A stretch of DNA of 64,000 nt from a virus. Positions 19,939 to 30,320 of this stretch are shown here, one piece after another. The notes beneath the pieces were generated by a model. The model made no database searches and had not been told where the DNA came from. It saw only the letters and a list, made by a program, of their open reading frames with translations. Positions within the stretch are counted from its first letter, which is position 1. Each line of letters opens with the position of its first letter. A program made the translations under genes and the position numbers. The DNA lies in the IMG/VR virus record IMGVR_UViG_3300027770_000032; one strand, 5' to 3'.

Positions 19939-21576
19939 ATGGCCGAGTTATTTGGTTTTGAAATTAAAAGAAAGCAAGAAGAAAAAGCGCTTCTATCATT
20001 TGCCCCAAAACAGGACGATGATGGAGCGCTTGTTCTTGCTGAAGGTGGAGCTTACGGCCAGTACGTTGATATGGAAGGTTCTATTCGAACCGAATCAGAG
20101 CTTGTCTCGACGTATAGAGAGATGGCTCAACATCCTGACATCGAATTGGCAGTCGATGATATTATCAACGAAGCGGTTGTCATTGATCCAAAAAAAGAAG
20201 TCGTATCTTTAAATCTTGACGATTTAAAACAGCCAGACAAAGTCAAGAAACTTATTCTCGACGAATTCGAAACTGTACTCGAACTTCTTGAATTTAATAG
20301 CCACGCATACGAGATCTTTCGGAAATGGTATGTCGACGGCAGAATATTCTATCACTTGATGATCGACGAGAAGAAGCCGAGAGAAGGTATTCAGGAACTA
20401 CGCTATGTAGATCCTCGCAAGCTTCGGAAAGTCAAGACTCAGAAGAAAAGAAAAGTTGCAAAAGATTCAAACGTCATTGTTCCGATGGTAGGCGAAGAGT
20501 TCTACATCTACAATGAAAACGGTTTTGGTAAAACTCCAAGTCAACCGAATTATCAAGATCCTACTACACAAGGCATTAAGATCGCAGTCGACTCGATTGT
20601 CAACGTATCTTCTGGCCTTGTCAATGTCAAAGGTGACATGGTTCTTGGTTATCTGCAGAAGGCAATTAAGCCACTCAATCAGTTAAAGGCGATGGAAGAC
20701 TCATTAGTCATCTATCGTATCTCACGTGCACCTGAACGTCGTATCTTCTACATCGATGTCGGTAACCTACCGAAAATGAAAGCTGAGCAATATCTTCGTG
20801 ATGTGATGACTCGCTTTAAAAATAAAGTCGTGTACGATGCCGGAACCGGAGAAATCCGCGATGATCGGAAACACATGACCATGCTCGAAGATTTCTGGCT
20901 ACCTCGTCGTGAAGGCGGTAAGGGTACAGAAATCACTACTCTTCCGGGAGGTCAGAACCTTGGACAGATCGACGACATCGTTTACTTTCAACGTAAGCTT
21001 TACAAAGCTTTGAACGTTCCGATCTCTCGCCTCGATCCTGAACAAGCATTTAACTTTGGCCGAGCCACTGAAGTGACTCGCGACGAAGTGAAGTTTGCTA
21101 AATTTATTACACGTCTTCGCACTCGATTCTCAGAAATTTTTAGTAAGATTCTTGAGAAACAATTGATTCTGAAAGGTATCATTACATCAGAAGATTGGGC
21201 CGAATTTAAAGCTAACTTTAAATACGAATATTCTGAAGATAATCACTTCGCCGAACTCAAGAATACAGAGATTCTTCGCGATCGTATTTCGATGTTACGT
21301 GATGTCGATGACTATGCAGGAAAATACTATTCGCACGAATGGATTCGTCGGAACGTTCTTTATCAGACAGAAGAAGATATGGAAGAGATCGACAAGCAGA
21401 TTATTGAAGAAATGGATAATCCGCAGTATGCTCCACCAGAAATGGGGCCAGGTGGAGAACAGTTACCTCCTGAAGATGCAGGCACTCCGCCTTCTCCAGA
21501 TGATGCGACTCCTTCACCAGCAGGTAAACCGAAGGCTACTTCTATTCCAAACGTACCAGATTTGGTAGGAAAATAA
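19939..21576 (+). CDS. gp20: Portal protein
   Basis: WYVDGR, IYRISRAPERRIFYIDVGNLPK.KAEQYL, EDFWLPRREGG.GTEITTLPGG. Confidence 0.97.
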   Translation: MAELFGFEIKRKQEEKALLSFAPKQDDDGALVLAEGGAYGQYVDMEGSIRTESELVSTYREMAQHPDIELAVDDIINEAVVIDPKKEVVSLNLDDLKQPDKVKKLILDEFETVLELLEFNSHAYEIFRKWYVDGRIFYHLMIDEKKPREGIQELRYVDPRKLRKVKTQKKRKVAKDSNVIVPMVGEEFYIYNENGFGKTPSQPNYQDPTTQGIKIAVDSIVNVSSGLVNVKGDMVLGYLQKAIKPLNQLKAMEDSLVIYRISRAPERRIFYIDVGNLPKMKAEQYLRDVMTRFKNKVVYDAGTGEIRDDRKHMTMLEDFWLPRREGGKGTEITTLPGGQNLGQIDDIVYFQRKLYKALNVPISRLDPEQAFNFGRATEVTRDEVKFAKFITRLRTRFSEIFSKILEKQLILKGIITSEDWAEFKANFKYEYSEDNHFAELKNTEILRDRISMLRDVDDYAGKYYSHEWIRRNVLYQTEEDMEEIDKQIIEEMDNPQYAPPEMGPGGEQLPPEDAGTPPSPDDATPSPAGKPKATSIPNVPDLVGK

Positions 21577-21582
21577 ACCGAG

Positions 21583-21590
21583 TATAAATA
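21583..21590 (+). promoter_or_regulatory. Late promoter TATAAATA
   Basis: Exact consensus upstream of the prohead core genes. Confidence 0.8.
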
Positions 21591-21614
21591 GTAAAAGAAT
21601 TTTGGAGAATTTAT

Positions 21615-21941
21615 ATGGATATTGACGAACTGATTGGAGCAACCGTAGATCAACAACCGACACGGTTTGCAAACGCATTCGACGCAATTATGAGACAGAA
21701 GATTGACGCAAGACTCGAAGATGAAAGCGTTGCATATGCTCAGCAAATGTTCGCCGAACCAGAAGACATCGATGACGAAGACGAAGCCGCTGATGATGCC
21801 TTCGACGAAGAAGATTTTGAAATTGACGACGAAGAGTTCGAAGACGAAGATTTTAATATCGATGATCTTGATCTCGAAGAATTAGAAGATCTCGAAGACT
21901 TAGACACAGAGGAAGATGACGACGATGGCGAAGACGCTTAA
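21615..21941 (+). CDS. gp67: Prohead core protein (gp67-like), acidic tail
   Basis: Position after the portal gene; short helical N-terminus plus D/E-rich tail. Confidence 0.65.
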   Translation: MDIDELIGATVDQQPTRFANAFDAIMRQKIDARLEDESVAYAQQMFAEPEDIDDEDEAADDAFDEEDFEIDDEEFEDEDFNIDDLDLEELEDLEDLDTEEDDDDGEDA

Positions 21942-23142
21942 AGATTTCTTAAATGAAAGACAGCTTGGGCCGATGGTCGTCAAGAATCCTGACGAGCAGA
22001 AGTTCATTGACAAACACGTAGTTGCGAAGACTGCTGATCGCAACGGCAATGACGACGAAGTTTTCAAGGGCTCGAAGGTCAAGATGGCCGATCGCAAGAA
22101 AGAACGTCACGGTTATAATCCTGGCGAAGACGAAGACGTGTATGAAGAACTGAAGGGTGCTCAGCATAAGATCGATGCTAATAAGAATGGCAAGGTCGAT
22201 GCGCATGACTTCCAACTTCTTCGTAAGAAGAAGAAAGTTGCTGAAGAAGCCGAACAGATCGATGAACTATCACACGGCACACTTCGTAGATACCGAATGA
22301 AGGCAAAGTCTATTGCTGACCAGGGCGGTGAACAACGTGCTAAAGGTCGCGAACTAGCCGGCCGTAAGTCATATGGTGATATGATAGGTGGTATTAAAAA
22401 GCCTAAAGTTATGGCCAAAGAAGAAGCCGAGCAGATCGATGAGCTTTCGAAAGAAACTGTTCGCACCTATTACAACAAGGCTGGCGAGCAAGGCAAGAAG
22501 ATTGCTGATAAGATGAAGATGGGTGGCGGTGATTGGTCAAACGACGGATCAGATACCAAGACTCTGAAGAAGCGTGCAGCTGGTCGTACGATGGCTTTGA
22601 AGCGTCGCAGCGGTGAAATCAAGATGTCTGAAGAAGCTGAACAGATCGACGAGATCTCGGCCGGAAAGAAAGATGCATACGCCCAAAAAGCTGGAAAGCA
22701 ACTTCCAGGTTTGTTTGCAAAAAGCAACAGCGCTGATGGAGCTCGTAAGTACTATAATCGTAAGAACGCTGTTCGTAAAATTGCGAATGAAGAAACTGAG
22801 CAAGTTGACGAGAAGTTAGACATGAAGAAAGCGTCGATGGGAACCGTAATCAAGGATTTCCAAAAGTCTGATGCTCCTCAGTTTATGGGTAAGTCACAGA
22901 AAAAGCGCCAAGTTATGGCAATTGCAGCGAAGCTCTCAGCAGAACGCGGCGGCAAACCACTTAATAAAGAAGAGCGTCTTCTAACTAAGCTGGCTGATAT
23001 TTCAGAAACACATCAGAGAACGATGGTATCGGTCTTTGAAAAACTCAACGAAGATAACCAATATGCATTCATGCAAGCCTGCGACACCGCAGACGGCATC
23101 GAACAGATGTTGGATTTCTCAATCAGTTATAGAGGTGAATAA
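21925..23142 (+). CDS. Prohead core / internal head polyprotein with repeated EEAEQIDE(L/I)S linkers
   Basis: Lies between gp67 and gp21; basic modules separated by acidic linkers. Confidence 0.6.
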   Translation: MAKTLKDFLNERQLGPMVVKNPDEQKFIDKHVVAKTADRNGNDDEVFKGSKVKMADRKKERHGYNPGEDEDVYEELKGAQHKIDANKNGKVDAHDFQLLRKKKKVAEEAEQIDELSHGTLRRYRMKAKSIADQGGEQRAKGRELAGRKSYGDMIGGIKKPKVMAKEEAEQIDELSKETVRTYYNKAGEQGKKIADKMKMGGGDWSNDGSDTKTLKKRAAGRTMALKRRSGEIKMSEEAEQIDEISAGKKDAYAQKAGKQLPGLFAKSNSADGARKYYNRKNAVRKIANEETEQVDEKLDMKKASMGTVIKDFQKSDAPQFMGKSQKKRQVMAIAAKLSAERGGKPLNKEERLLTKLADISETHQRTMVSVFEKLNEDNQYAFMQACDTADGIEQMLDFSISYRGE

Positions 23143-23543
23143 TGGCTGTTACTATTACATCAAATAAGAAAAATACCTCTGCTGTTATTCACATATCTGC
23201 TGCGAATAGCGGCAATATTGTGGTTGTTGGCAATAGCACTACTACGAATGTTGGTGCCACTGCCACCTGTCTTGCTACGAGTGATGAGGTTCTTTCTGGA
23301 GCTTACATTACACAAATTGCATGGGGTTGCGACGGTAATGGTCATATTCAAGTGTTAAGAGGTACGACTCTTGTTGGAGTGTATGACTCGACTAGCTATA
23401 TTGATTATGCCGGTAACGGTATGCCGCTCAATGTAAATCCTACTGCAAATTTAGTAGTCAATTTTGTCGGTTCAGCAAACGCATATTGTTTGCTGGAAGT
23501 ACAGAAGCAAGGCACATTCATTTCACCATATAACAACTCATAA
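23142..23543 (+). CDS. Hypothetical virion protein in the head module
   Basis: Translationally coupled ORF upstream of gp21; beta-rich composition. Confidence 0.55.
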   Translation: MAVTITSNKKNTSAVIHISAANSGNIVVVGNSTTTNVGATATCLATSDEVLSGAYITQIAWGCDGNGHIQVLRGTTLVGVYDSTSYIDYAGNGMPLNVNPTANLVVNFVGSANAYCLLEVQKQGTFISPYNNS

Positions 23544-23554
23544 GGTAAGAAGAC

Positions 23555-24232
23555 ATGAAGCTAATCACCGAAGTTGTTGAAGATCTGAAATGCATTACTG
23601 AATCTCGTGAAGACGGGAAGAAGAACGTATACATTGAAGGTATCTTCTTGCAAGGAGGCATTAAGAACCGCAACGGTCGTATGTATCCTGTCGAGACTCT
23701 TGAAAAAGAAGTCAATCGTTACGACGAGTCTTACATTCAAAAAGGTCGTGCTCTCGGCGAGTTAGGTCATCCTGATGGTCCATCGATTAACCTCGATCGT
23801 GTATCTCATATGATCACTTCTTTGAAGAGAGAAGGCACCAATTTCGTGGGTCGGGCAAAGCTGATGGATACTCCGATGGGTAACATCGCCAAGGGGCTGA
23901 TCGGCGAAGGTGTCAAGCTCGGTGTTTCATCCAGAGGTATGGGTTCATTAAAGCTAAATAAAGAAGGCATTAATGAAGTTCAAGACGATTTCTATCTCGC
24001 CACAGCCGCTGATATTGTTGCAGATCCATCTGCTCCTGATGCGTTTGTCAACGGAATTATGGAAGGTGTTGAGTGGGTTTGGCAAGACGAACTTCTCGTT
24101 GCAAAGAAACAAGCGGCGCAGGTAATAGAACAAACCGTACAAAATATTGAAAGCGCATCTTCGAAAAGACAGCTTCAAGCTAAAAAGTTTGAAATTTTTG
24201 AGAACTTCCTCAATAAAATTTCTAAAATCTAA
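23555..24232 (+). CDS. gp21: Prohead protease
   Basis: MKLITE, NRNGRMYP, RALGELGHP, GVSSRGMGS, ADPSAPDAFV. Confidence 0.96.
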   Translation: MKLITEVVEDLKCITESREDGKKNVYIEGIFLQGGIKNRNGRMYPVETLEKEVNRYDESYIQKGRALGELGHPDGPSINLDRVSHMITSLKREGTNFVGRAKLMDTPMGNIAKGLIGEGVKLGVSSRGMGSLKLNKEGINEVQDDFYLATAADIVADPSAPDAFVNGIMEGVEWVWQDELLVAKKQAAQVIEQTVQNIESASSKRQLQAKKFEIFENFLNKISKI

Positions 24233-24268
24233 TTAGAATAAATAAATAAATATTACAAGGAGTCAAAA

Positions 24269-25255
24269 ATGTCAAATAAAGATACGAGTGAAATCGTTCA
24301 AGACGGTATCGATGAATCTGCTGGTTCGGAAACATTGAAGCCGAATCCAACACGCGCAGAGATGCTAGCTACTTTTAGCTCGCTCCTTGCTCAGCTGAAG
24401 GGCGAAGATCTTTCGCACTTCTTTAACGATTCGATCAAGCAATATAGTGCTGATGGTGTTCCTTCAGCTACCGCTCCTGGTGGAGCTCCTGGTATGGGGC
24501 AAATGCCGATGCCTACGCTCAATGCGGTCAAAGAAGACATCGACGAAGTATTCGCCGGCGAAGATCTTACCGAAGAAGCAAAAGAAAAGTTTTCTACGAT
24601 TTTTGAAGCAGCTGTTTCAGCTCGCGTTTCGATCGAAGAAGCTCGTCTTGAAGAAGAGTTTGAAACTCGTCTTGGCGAAGAAGTAGAAGAAATCAAAGAA
24701 GAGATCACTACAAAGATCGATCAGTATCTCGATTACGTAGTAGAATCGTGGATGGAAGACAACAAGCTTGCTGTCGAATCCACATTACGCGCCGATATTG
24801 CAGAGAACTTCATGGAAGGTCTTTACAATCTATTTGCAGAATCATACATCACAGTACCTGAAGAGAAGCTTGATGTAGTTGGTGAATTGAAGGCACAGAT
24901 CGAAGAACTTGAAACAAAGTTCGACGAGTCTGTAAATAAGCAACTCGAACTACAGTCAGTCATCGATGAAGCGACAATGGAAGCGACATTCGACGAAGTG
25001 ACTGAAGGTCTTGCTGCTACGCAGGTAGAAAAGCTTCGCACTCTTGCAGAAGGTATCGAGTTCACAGATTCTGAGTCTTATGTAAAGAAACTCAACATTC
25101 TAAAAGGCAAGTACTTCTCTGAGAAGAAAGAAGTCAATACTGGCGTTATTACAGAAGAAGCGACAGAAGGTCTTACTGAAGATAAGCCTGTAGCGGTTGG
25201 TGAAATGGCAAACTATGTCAGCGCGATTTCAAGAACTAAAACCAAAAACTTTTAA
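24269..25255 (+). CDS. gp22: Prohead scaffolding protein
   Basis: Acidic coiled coil, IFEAAV, YLDYVVE.W..DN.LAVE; position before gp23. Confidence 0.9.
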   Translation: MSNKDTSEIVQDGIDESAGSETLKPNPTRAEMLATFSSLLAQLKGEDLSHFFNDSIKQYSADGVPSATAPGGAPGMGQMPMPTLNAVKEDIDEVFAGEDLTEEAKEKFSTIFEAAVSARVSIEEARLEEEFETRLGEEVEEIKEEITTKIDQYLDYVVESWMEDNKLAVESTLRADIAENFMEGLYNLFAESYITVPEEKLDVVGELKAQIEELETKFDESVNKQLELQSVIDEATMEATFDEVTEGLAATQVEKLRTLAEGIEFTDSESYVKKLNILKGKYFSEKKEVNTGVITEEATEGLTEDKPVAVGEMANYVSAISRTKTKNF

Positions 25256-25298
25256 TTGATAAATAATAAACAAATCCTAAGGATAAAGGGAGAATAAA

Positions 25299-26657
25299 AT
25301 GTTAGCTGAGGAACTAAATAACAAGTGGAAGCCAGTGCTCGAGCACACGGATCTTCCAGAAATTACAGATGCTCATAAGCGCCTTGTCACAGCGACAGTG
25401 CTTGAGAACACAGAGCGCGCGCTTCGCGAAGCTGGTGGTGGACAGCAAATGCTTGGTGAAGGCGATGGTCACATCAACTCTGCAGGCAGCGGCGCTGTTG
25501 CAAACTTCGATCCAGTATTGATTTCACTCGTACGTCGTTCGATGCCAAATCTGATTGCTTATGACGTTTGCGGCGTTCAGCCAATGAACGGTCCAACCGG
25601 CCTTATCTTCGCAATGCGTTCGCAGTATGCTAACTCGACAGATGCGAACACGGCAGAAGCATTCTACAACGAAGCAAACACAGGTCACGCTTCGCGTCTC
25701 GGCGCTGGTTTGACAGCTGCTAACACCGGTGCTGCTACAGCAACTACTGTTGGTGCTAACACTGTTGGTACATCACCTGATTCGTCAAACAACGCTGGCA
25801 ACTCGTTCTACAACTACACAATGGGTCTTCTCGTTGGTTCGGCTGAATTGCTCGGCGCGAACAGCACATACATCTTCCCGGAAATGGGCTTCTCGATCGA
25901 GAAGGTGACTGTATCTGCAAAGACACGTGCTCTGAAGGCTGAATACACGCTTGAACTCGCACAAGATCTGAAAGCGATTCATGGTCTTGACGCAGAATCA
26001 GAACTTTCGAACATTCTTTCGGGCGAAATCCTTGCAGAAATCAACCGTGAAGTTGTTCGCTCTATCATCATCACTGCTGAAAAAGGTGCAACCGATGGTA
26101 CCACAACTGCTGGTATCTTCGATCTCGACACCGATTCAAACGGTCGTTGGTCAGTTGAAAAGTTCAAAGGCCTTCTGTTCCAGATCGAACGTGAATGCAA
26201 CCAGATCGCGAAGCAAACACGTCGCGGTAAAGGTAACGTAATCATCTGCTCTTCGGACGTTGCTTCGGCACTTCAGATGGCAGGCGTTCTTGATTACGCT
26301 CCTGCGATGAATACCTCTTCGTTGAATATCGACGATACAGGCAACACATTTGCTGGTGTTATCAATGGTCGCATTAAGGTCTATATTGATCCATATGCTG
26401 GTACAAACTTCTTGGTCGTAGGCTATAAGGGTTCGAATCCATTCGACGCTGGCCTCTTCTATTGCCCATACGTTCCACTTCAGATGGTTCGTGCGGTTGA
26501 TCCAGGTTCGTTCCAGCCGAAGATTGGCTTCAAGACACGCTACGGCATGGCACCGAATCCATTCGCGAAGGGTACAACTGCTGCTTCTGCAACAGCTGTT
26601 CTTGAGCAGGATTCGAACAAGTACTATCGTCGCGTTCTTGTTAACAACTTGATGTAA
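25299..26657 (+). CDS. gp23: Major capsid protein
   Basis: DPVLISLVRR.MPNLIAYD.CGVQPM.GPTGLIFAMR, ELAQDLKAIHGLDAE, FQPKIGFKTRYG. Confidence 0.98.
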   Translation: MLAEELNNKWKPVLEHTDLPEITDAHKRLVTATVLENTERALREAGGGQQMLGEGDGHINSAGSGAVANFDPVLISLVRRSMPNLIAYDVCGVQPMNGPTGLIFAMRSQYANSTDANTAEAFYNEANTGHASRLGAGLTAANTGAATATTVGANTVGTSPDSSNNAGNSFYNYTMGLLVGSAELLGANSTYIFPEMGFSIEKVTVSAKTRALKAEYTLELAQDLKAIHGLDAESELSNILSGEILAEINREVVRSIIITAEKGATDGTTTAGIFDLDTDSNGRWSVEKFKGLLFQIERECNQIAKQTRRGKGNVIICSSDVASALQMAGVLDYAPAMNTSSLNIDDTGNTFAGVINGRIKVYIDPYAGTNFLVVGYKGSNPFDAGLFYCPYVPLQMVRAVDPGSFQPKIGFKTRYGMAPNPFAKGTTAASATAVLEQDSNKYYRRVLVNNLM

Positions 26658-26695
26658 GTATAAGAGTTGGTATAAAACCAACCACTAAAACTAAG

Positions 26696-26725
26696 GAGGG
26701 GGATCGAAAGGTCCTCCTCTTTTTT
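26696..26725 (+). terminator. Rho-independent terminator after gp23
   Basis: GAGGGGGATC-GAAA-GGTCCTCCTC followed by a T tract. Confidence 0.8.
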
Positions 26726-26738
26726 GGCATGTACAATA

Positions 26739-26746
26739 TATAAATA
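26739..26746 (+). promoter_or_regulatory. Late promoter TATAAATA, nested in a TGTACA-N16-TATAAT element
   Basis: Exact consensus upstream of gp3. Confidence 0.7.
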
Positions 26747-26781
26747 GTGTGTATAATGGGTATTACAGCCGAAGGAAAGAT

Positions 26782-27294
26782 ATGACTGCCGTAAACAATA
26801 TAAACAAAAACTTTCTGTCACCTTTAGGCTATAAGTTTACCTTAGCGCGAGCACCGGCGATTAGTTACAATGTACAGAACGTTCGTTTTCCTGGAGTACA
26901 GATGAGTAACGGAGAGAGCCCAACTCCATTCGTTCCGATTCCAGTCACAGGCAAACTAACTTATAGCCCACTCGATCTGACGTTCCGAGTGAATGAAGAT
27001 ATGACAGATTATCTCGAGATCTATAACTGGATGGTAGCACTCGCTTCTCCTACCAGTTTTGACGGTTATAAAGCTTTGCAAAATTCTCAGGTCGGCGGTG
27101 CAGCTACTTTATATTCGGATCTCAATCTGCAGATTATGAATAGTAGCATGAACTCGAATATTATGATAACTTTTTATGATGCATTTCCGATTAGCATAGG
27201 AGATATTGAGTTTAATACTACAGATACTAGTGTCAATTATATAGAATGCAGTGTAGAGTTTAAATATCTAAGGTATGATATCGAAGTTTTATAG
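26782..27294 (+). CDS. gp3: Tail completion / tube terminator protein
   Basis: NFLSP.G.KF, F.V.EDM..Y.EIYNW, F.DAFP.S. Confidence 0.85.
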   Translation: MTAVNNINKNFLSPLGYKFTLARAPAISYNVQNVRFPGVQMSNGESPTPFVPIPVTGKLTYSPLDLTFRVNEDMTDYLEIYNWMVALASPTSFDGYKALQNSQVGGAATLYSDLNLQIMNSSMNSNIMITFYDAFPISIGDIEFNTTDTSVNYIECSVEFKYLRYDIEVL

Positions 27295-27303
27295 GATTTA
27301 GTT

Positions 27304-27738
27304 ATGAAAATTGATGACATTTATGCAGAATGGGAAAAGGATTCCCAGATTAATCGCTCTGAGCTCGGCGACGAGGCGCTCAACATTCCAAAGCTCCATC
27401 ACAAGTATTTCAAGATCTTTACGCATGAGCGGCTGTTGCTTCGTAAGCAAGAAGTCGAACTGAAGCAACTGAAGCTCGAGAAGCTGGAGTTTTACACTCT
27501 CGGACCGACAGAAGAGTCTCATGAGAAAGGTTGGCGCTTGCCACCGCAAGGAAAAATACTGAAATCTGAAGTGAATAACTATATCGAAGCAGACAAGGAT
27601 ATGGTGAATCTATCACTGAAAATCGGCATTCAGCACGAGAAGATCGATCTCCTTGAATCCATCATCAAGTCTCTCACTGCTCGTGGTTTTAATATTAAGG
27701 CCGCTATCGAGTGGGAGCGTTTTAAAGTAGGTATTTAA
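27304..27738 (+). CDS. uvsY: Recombination mediator
   Basis: W.KDS.I, IP.LH.KY, YIEAD, R.FNIK.AIEW. Confidence 0.9.
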   Translation: MKIDDIYAEWEKDSQINRSELGDEALNIPKLHHKYFKIFTHERLLLRKQEVELKQLKLEKLEFYTLGPTEESHEKGWRLPPQGKILKSEVNNYIEADKDMVNLSLKIGIQHEKIDLLESIIKSLTARGFNIKAAIEWERFKVGI

Positions 27739-29201
27739 TGAGTTCAGTGCACCTTAAATTTATTAATAATGTCCACGTCAAAGTGGAGGCAGAGCCATCG
27801 ACTATTATGGAACTGGCAGATGCGTTTACGTTCTATGCTGAGAACTATAAGTTCCATCCAAAGTATCGAGCCAGAATGTGGGATGGAAAGATTCGTCTCG
27901 TTAACAATCTAACTGGATATGTATACGCCGGATTGGCAAGGCATATTAAAAAGTTTTGTGATGCTCGAAACTATACATTCTCGTTTGATGAAGAGATGTA
28001 CTATGATGGTGTATCTGAGCATGAGTTGAGAGAATTCATAGATACTCTTAGAATTCCTGAAAAGTATGCAATTCGAGACTATCAGTTTGATTCAATCTTA
28101 AAGTGTATTCGATCGAATCGAAGAACATTAGTATCGCCAACTTCTTCTGGTAAATCATTGATGATCTACATTCTGATGAGATGGTATCAGAAACACAAAG
28201 GTTTGATTATCGTTCCTACGATTGGGCTGGTAAATCAGATGGAGAGTGACTTTCGAGAGTATGGATATACAGGTGATATTCATATGTCGACTCAAGGTTT
28301 GAGTAAGGCGAATGATATTGAAGCCGAACTTGTTATTACAACGTGGCAGTCACTCAATAATGGTAAGAATAAGATGCCAAAACCTTGGTATCAACAGTTT
28401 GGAGTCGTATTCGGAGATGAAGCACATGGAGCAAAAGCGACTTCGCTTATACAAATTCTTAGCAGTCTTACTGATTGTAAGTATCGTTTTGGTACTACCG
28501 GCACGCTCGATGGTACACCTCTTAATGAGACAACAATCGAAGGTCTCTTCGGTCCAAAGTACAAAGCAGTTACCACAAAAGAGCTCATGGATCAAGGATA
28601 CGTATCTAAACTCAAGATCAAGTGTATTGTCCTTAAGTATGATGAACAGACAAGCAAAGAGCTCAAAGGAAAAACATACCAAGAAGAAATCGATTTCCTC
28701 GTTGGTAGTGAAGCTCGGAATAAGTTCATTCGCAACCTCGGACTCTCTTTAAAAGGTAATAAGCTTGTTTTCTTTCGAATTGTCGATCATGGTAAAACAC
28801 TCTATGATCTCATCACAAGAAGTACTAATCATAATGTTTTTTACATCGATGGTTCTGTTAGTGGTGATATGCGAGAGTCTATACGAAAGGCTCTCGAAGA
28901 AGAAGAAAACGCCATCCTCCTCGCCTCGCTCGGAACGACATCGACAGGCGTGAGTATCAATCGACTACATCATATGATCGCCGCTTCTCCATCGAAGTCG
29001 AAGATTAAAGTTCTACAGTCCATCGGTCGTATGCTTCGATTGCATGAAGAGAAACAAGAACACGGCGCCATCTTATATGATATCGTCGATGATCTCTCTT
29101 ACAAATCCCATCAAAACTTTACGCTCAAGCATTTTATTGAAAGAACAAAGATCTATGATGCTGAGCAGTTTGACTACGAAATCTATAACGTAAAGGTTTA
29201 A
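27738..29201 (+). CDS. uvsW: RNA-DNA/DNA helicase (SF2)
   Basis: WDGKIRL, SPTSSGKSL, GDEAH, LQSIGR.LR. Confidence 0.95.
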   Translation: MSSVHLKFINNVHVKVEAEPSTIMELADAFTFYAENYKFHPKYRARMWDGKIRLVNNLTGYVYAGLARHIKKFCDARNYTFSFDEEMYYDGVSEHELREFIDTLRIPEKYAIRDYQFDSILKCIRSNRRTLVSPTSSGKSLMIYILMRWYQKHKGLIIVPTIGLVNQMESDFREYGYTGDIHMSTQGLSKANDIEAELVITTWQSLNNGKNKMPKPWYQQFGVVFGDEAHGAKATSLIQILSSLTDCKYRFGTTGTLDGTPLNETTIEGLFGPKYKAVTTKELMDQGYVSKLKIKCIVLKYDEQTSKELKGKTYQEEIDFLVGSEARNKFIRNLGLSLKGNKLVFFRIVDHGKTLYDLITRSTNHNVFYIDGSVSGDMRESIRKALEEEENAILLASLGTTSTGVSINRLHHMIAASPSKSKIKVLQSIGRMLRLHEEKQEHGAILYDIVDDLSYKSHQNFTLKHFIERTKIYDAEQFDYEIYNVKV

Positions 29202-29203
29202 TT

Positions 29204-29587
29204 ATGATAAAAGTATTACATCTGATTAACGGCGAAGTCCTGATCGGTAAAATCAAAAATGAAACAGATAGATCGGCGACATATACAATTGAACAACCAT
29301 TTATGATGGATATTGTCGACGACTCAGATGAAGGTTCTGGTATTCGTATGGATTATTTGTTAGCATTTTCGAAAGATAACTGTGTACATATAAAGAAAAA
29401 CGTGGTATTGTATAACTATAATCCTTCGAATAGACTCGAAGAATATTATGGCCGACTCGTTGAATTTACGGCTAAACGCGATAATGATGTCATGTTAAAA
29501 CAAACCCTCGAGGGTATGGATGAGATGGATCGTAAGATGAAATCTTTTCTGACACAAAGACTCGTAGGAAAAAGTACAGTAAATTGA
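29204..29587 (+). CDS. Conserved hypothetical protein (Sm-like) between uvsW and gp55
   Basis: L.NGE.LIG N-terminus; syntenic position in T4-like phages. Confidence 0.6.
   Translation: MIKVLHLINGEVLIGKIKNETDRSATYTIEQPFMMDIVDDSDEGSGIRMDYLLAFSKDNCVHIKKNVVLYNYNPSNRLEEYYGRLVEFTAKRDNDVMLKQTLEGMDEMDRKMKSFLTQRLVGKSTVN
29383..29411 (+). promoter_or_regulatory. TGTACA-N17-TATTGT promoter upstream of gp55
   Basis: Member of a recurring motif family. Confidence 0.5.
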
Positions 29588-29596
29588 GAAAGTTGA

Positions 29597-30160
29597 ATGA
29601 TGATTAAAAAGAAACCGACTACCCACTATATCGACAATAAGTTGTTTTATACCGAGATGGTCAAGTTCTGGAATTCTTGTCAAGAAGCGAAGAAAAATGG
29701 TGAACCAAGGCCAGCGATTCCGAATTACGTAGGCAAGTGCATCATGATGATTGCGCAACGCCTCTCAACTCGACCTAACTTTATCGGATATTCGTATCGT
29801 GAAGAGATGGTCGGAGATGGTATTGAAAACTGCTTGACATACATTCATAACTTCAATCCAGACAAATCTTCGAATCCATTCGCATACTTTACTCAAATCA
29901 TTTACTATGCATTTCTACGCCGAATTCAAAAAGAAAAGAAGCACACATATATCAAGCACAAAGCTTTTGAGAATAGCATGATCATGAACACACTCGTGGA
30001 CATGGCGCCTGAAGATCGATCGCATTTTAATGCCGCGTTTATCAATGTCTCAGAAAAGCTTGGTGAATTGGTAGAGAAATTTGAAGCAAAGAAACCACCA
30101 AAGCCTGTCGAAAAGAAAGGCGTAGAGAAGTTTATCGAGGACGAAGAAGATGAAGGATAA
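29597..30160 (+). CDS. gp55: Late-transcription sigma factor
   Basis: HY.DNK, PNF.GYSYREEM..DGIENC, NPFAYFTQI.YYAFLRRI.KEKK. Confidence 0.96.
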   Translation: MMIKKKPTTHYIDNKLFYTEMVKFWNSCQEAKKNGEPRPAIPNYVGKCIMMIAQRLSTRPNFIGYSYREEMVGDGIENCLTYIHNFNPDKSSNPFAYFTQIIYYAFLRRIQKEKKHTYIKHKAFENSMIMNTLVDMAPEDRSHFNAAFINVSEKLGELVEKFEAKKPPKPVEKKGVEKFIEDEEDEG

Positions 30161-30320
30161 TATTCCAACACTCATTGAACAGATCAAAGAAAATATGCTT
30201 GACGAAGGAACACCGAAACATATTCGATATAACTATATGGTCTCAATGGAAGCCATTCGTGATTATGCAGATAAAGCATTACGTGAATATCACAGTAACA
30301 AAAAGAAGATTTTTAAATGA
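30150..30320 (+). CDS. Small hypothetical protein (56 aa)
   Basis: ATG overlaps the end of gp55; stop overlaps the gp47 start. Confidence 0.55.
   Translation: MKDNIPTLIEQIKENMLDEGTPKHIRYNYMVSMEAIRDYADKALREYHSNKKKIFK

Noticed and set aside
21760-21941. GAAGAC/GATGAC low-complexity tract
   Set aside because: Simply encodes the acidic tail of the gp67-like protein.
26151-26681. 176-aa antisense ORF in gp23, and similar ones at 37498-38013, 42217-42780, 57709-58320, plus the alternative-frame 61705-62304
   Set aside because: They overlap well-supported genes and have no recognisable features.
26657-26782. Absence of gp24 after gp23
   Set aside because: The gp23-gp3-uvsY-uvsW order is ordinary for cyanophage/pelagiphage-type T4-like genomes.
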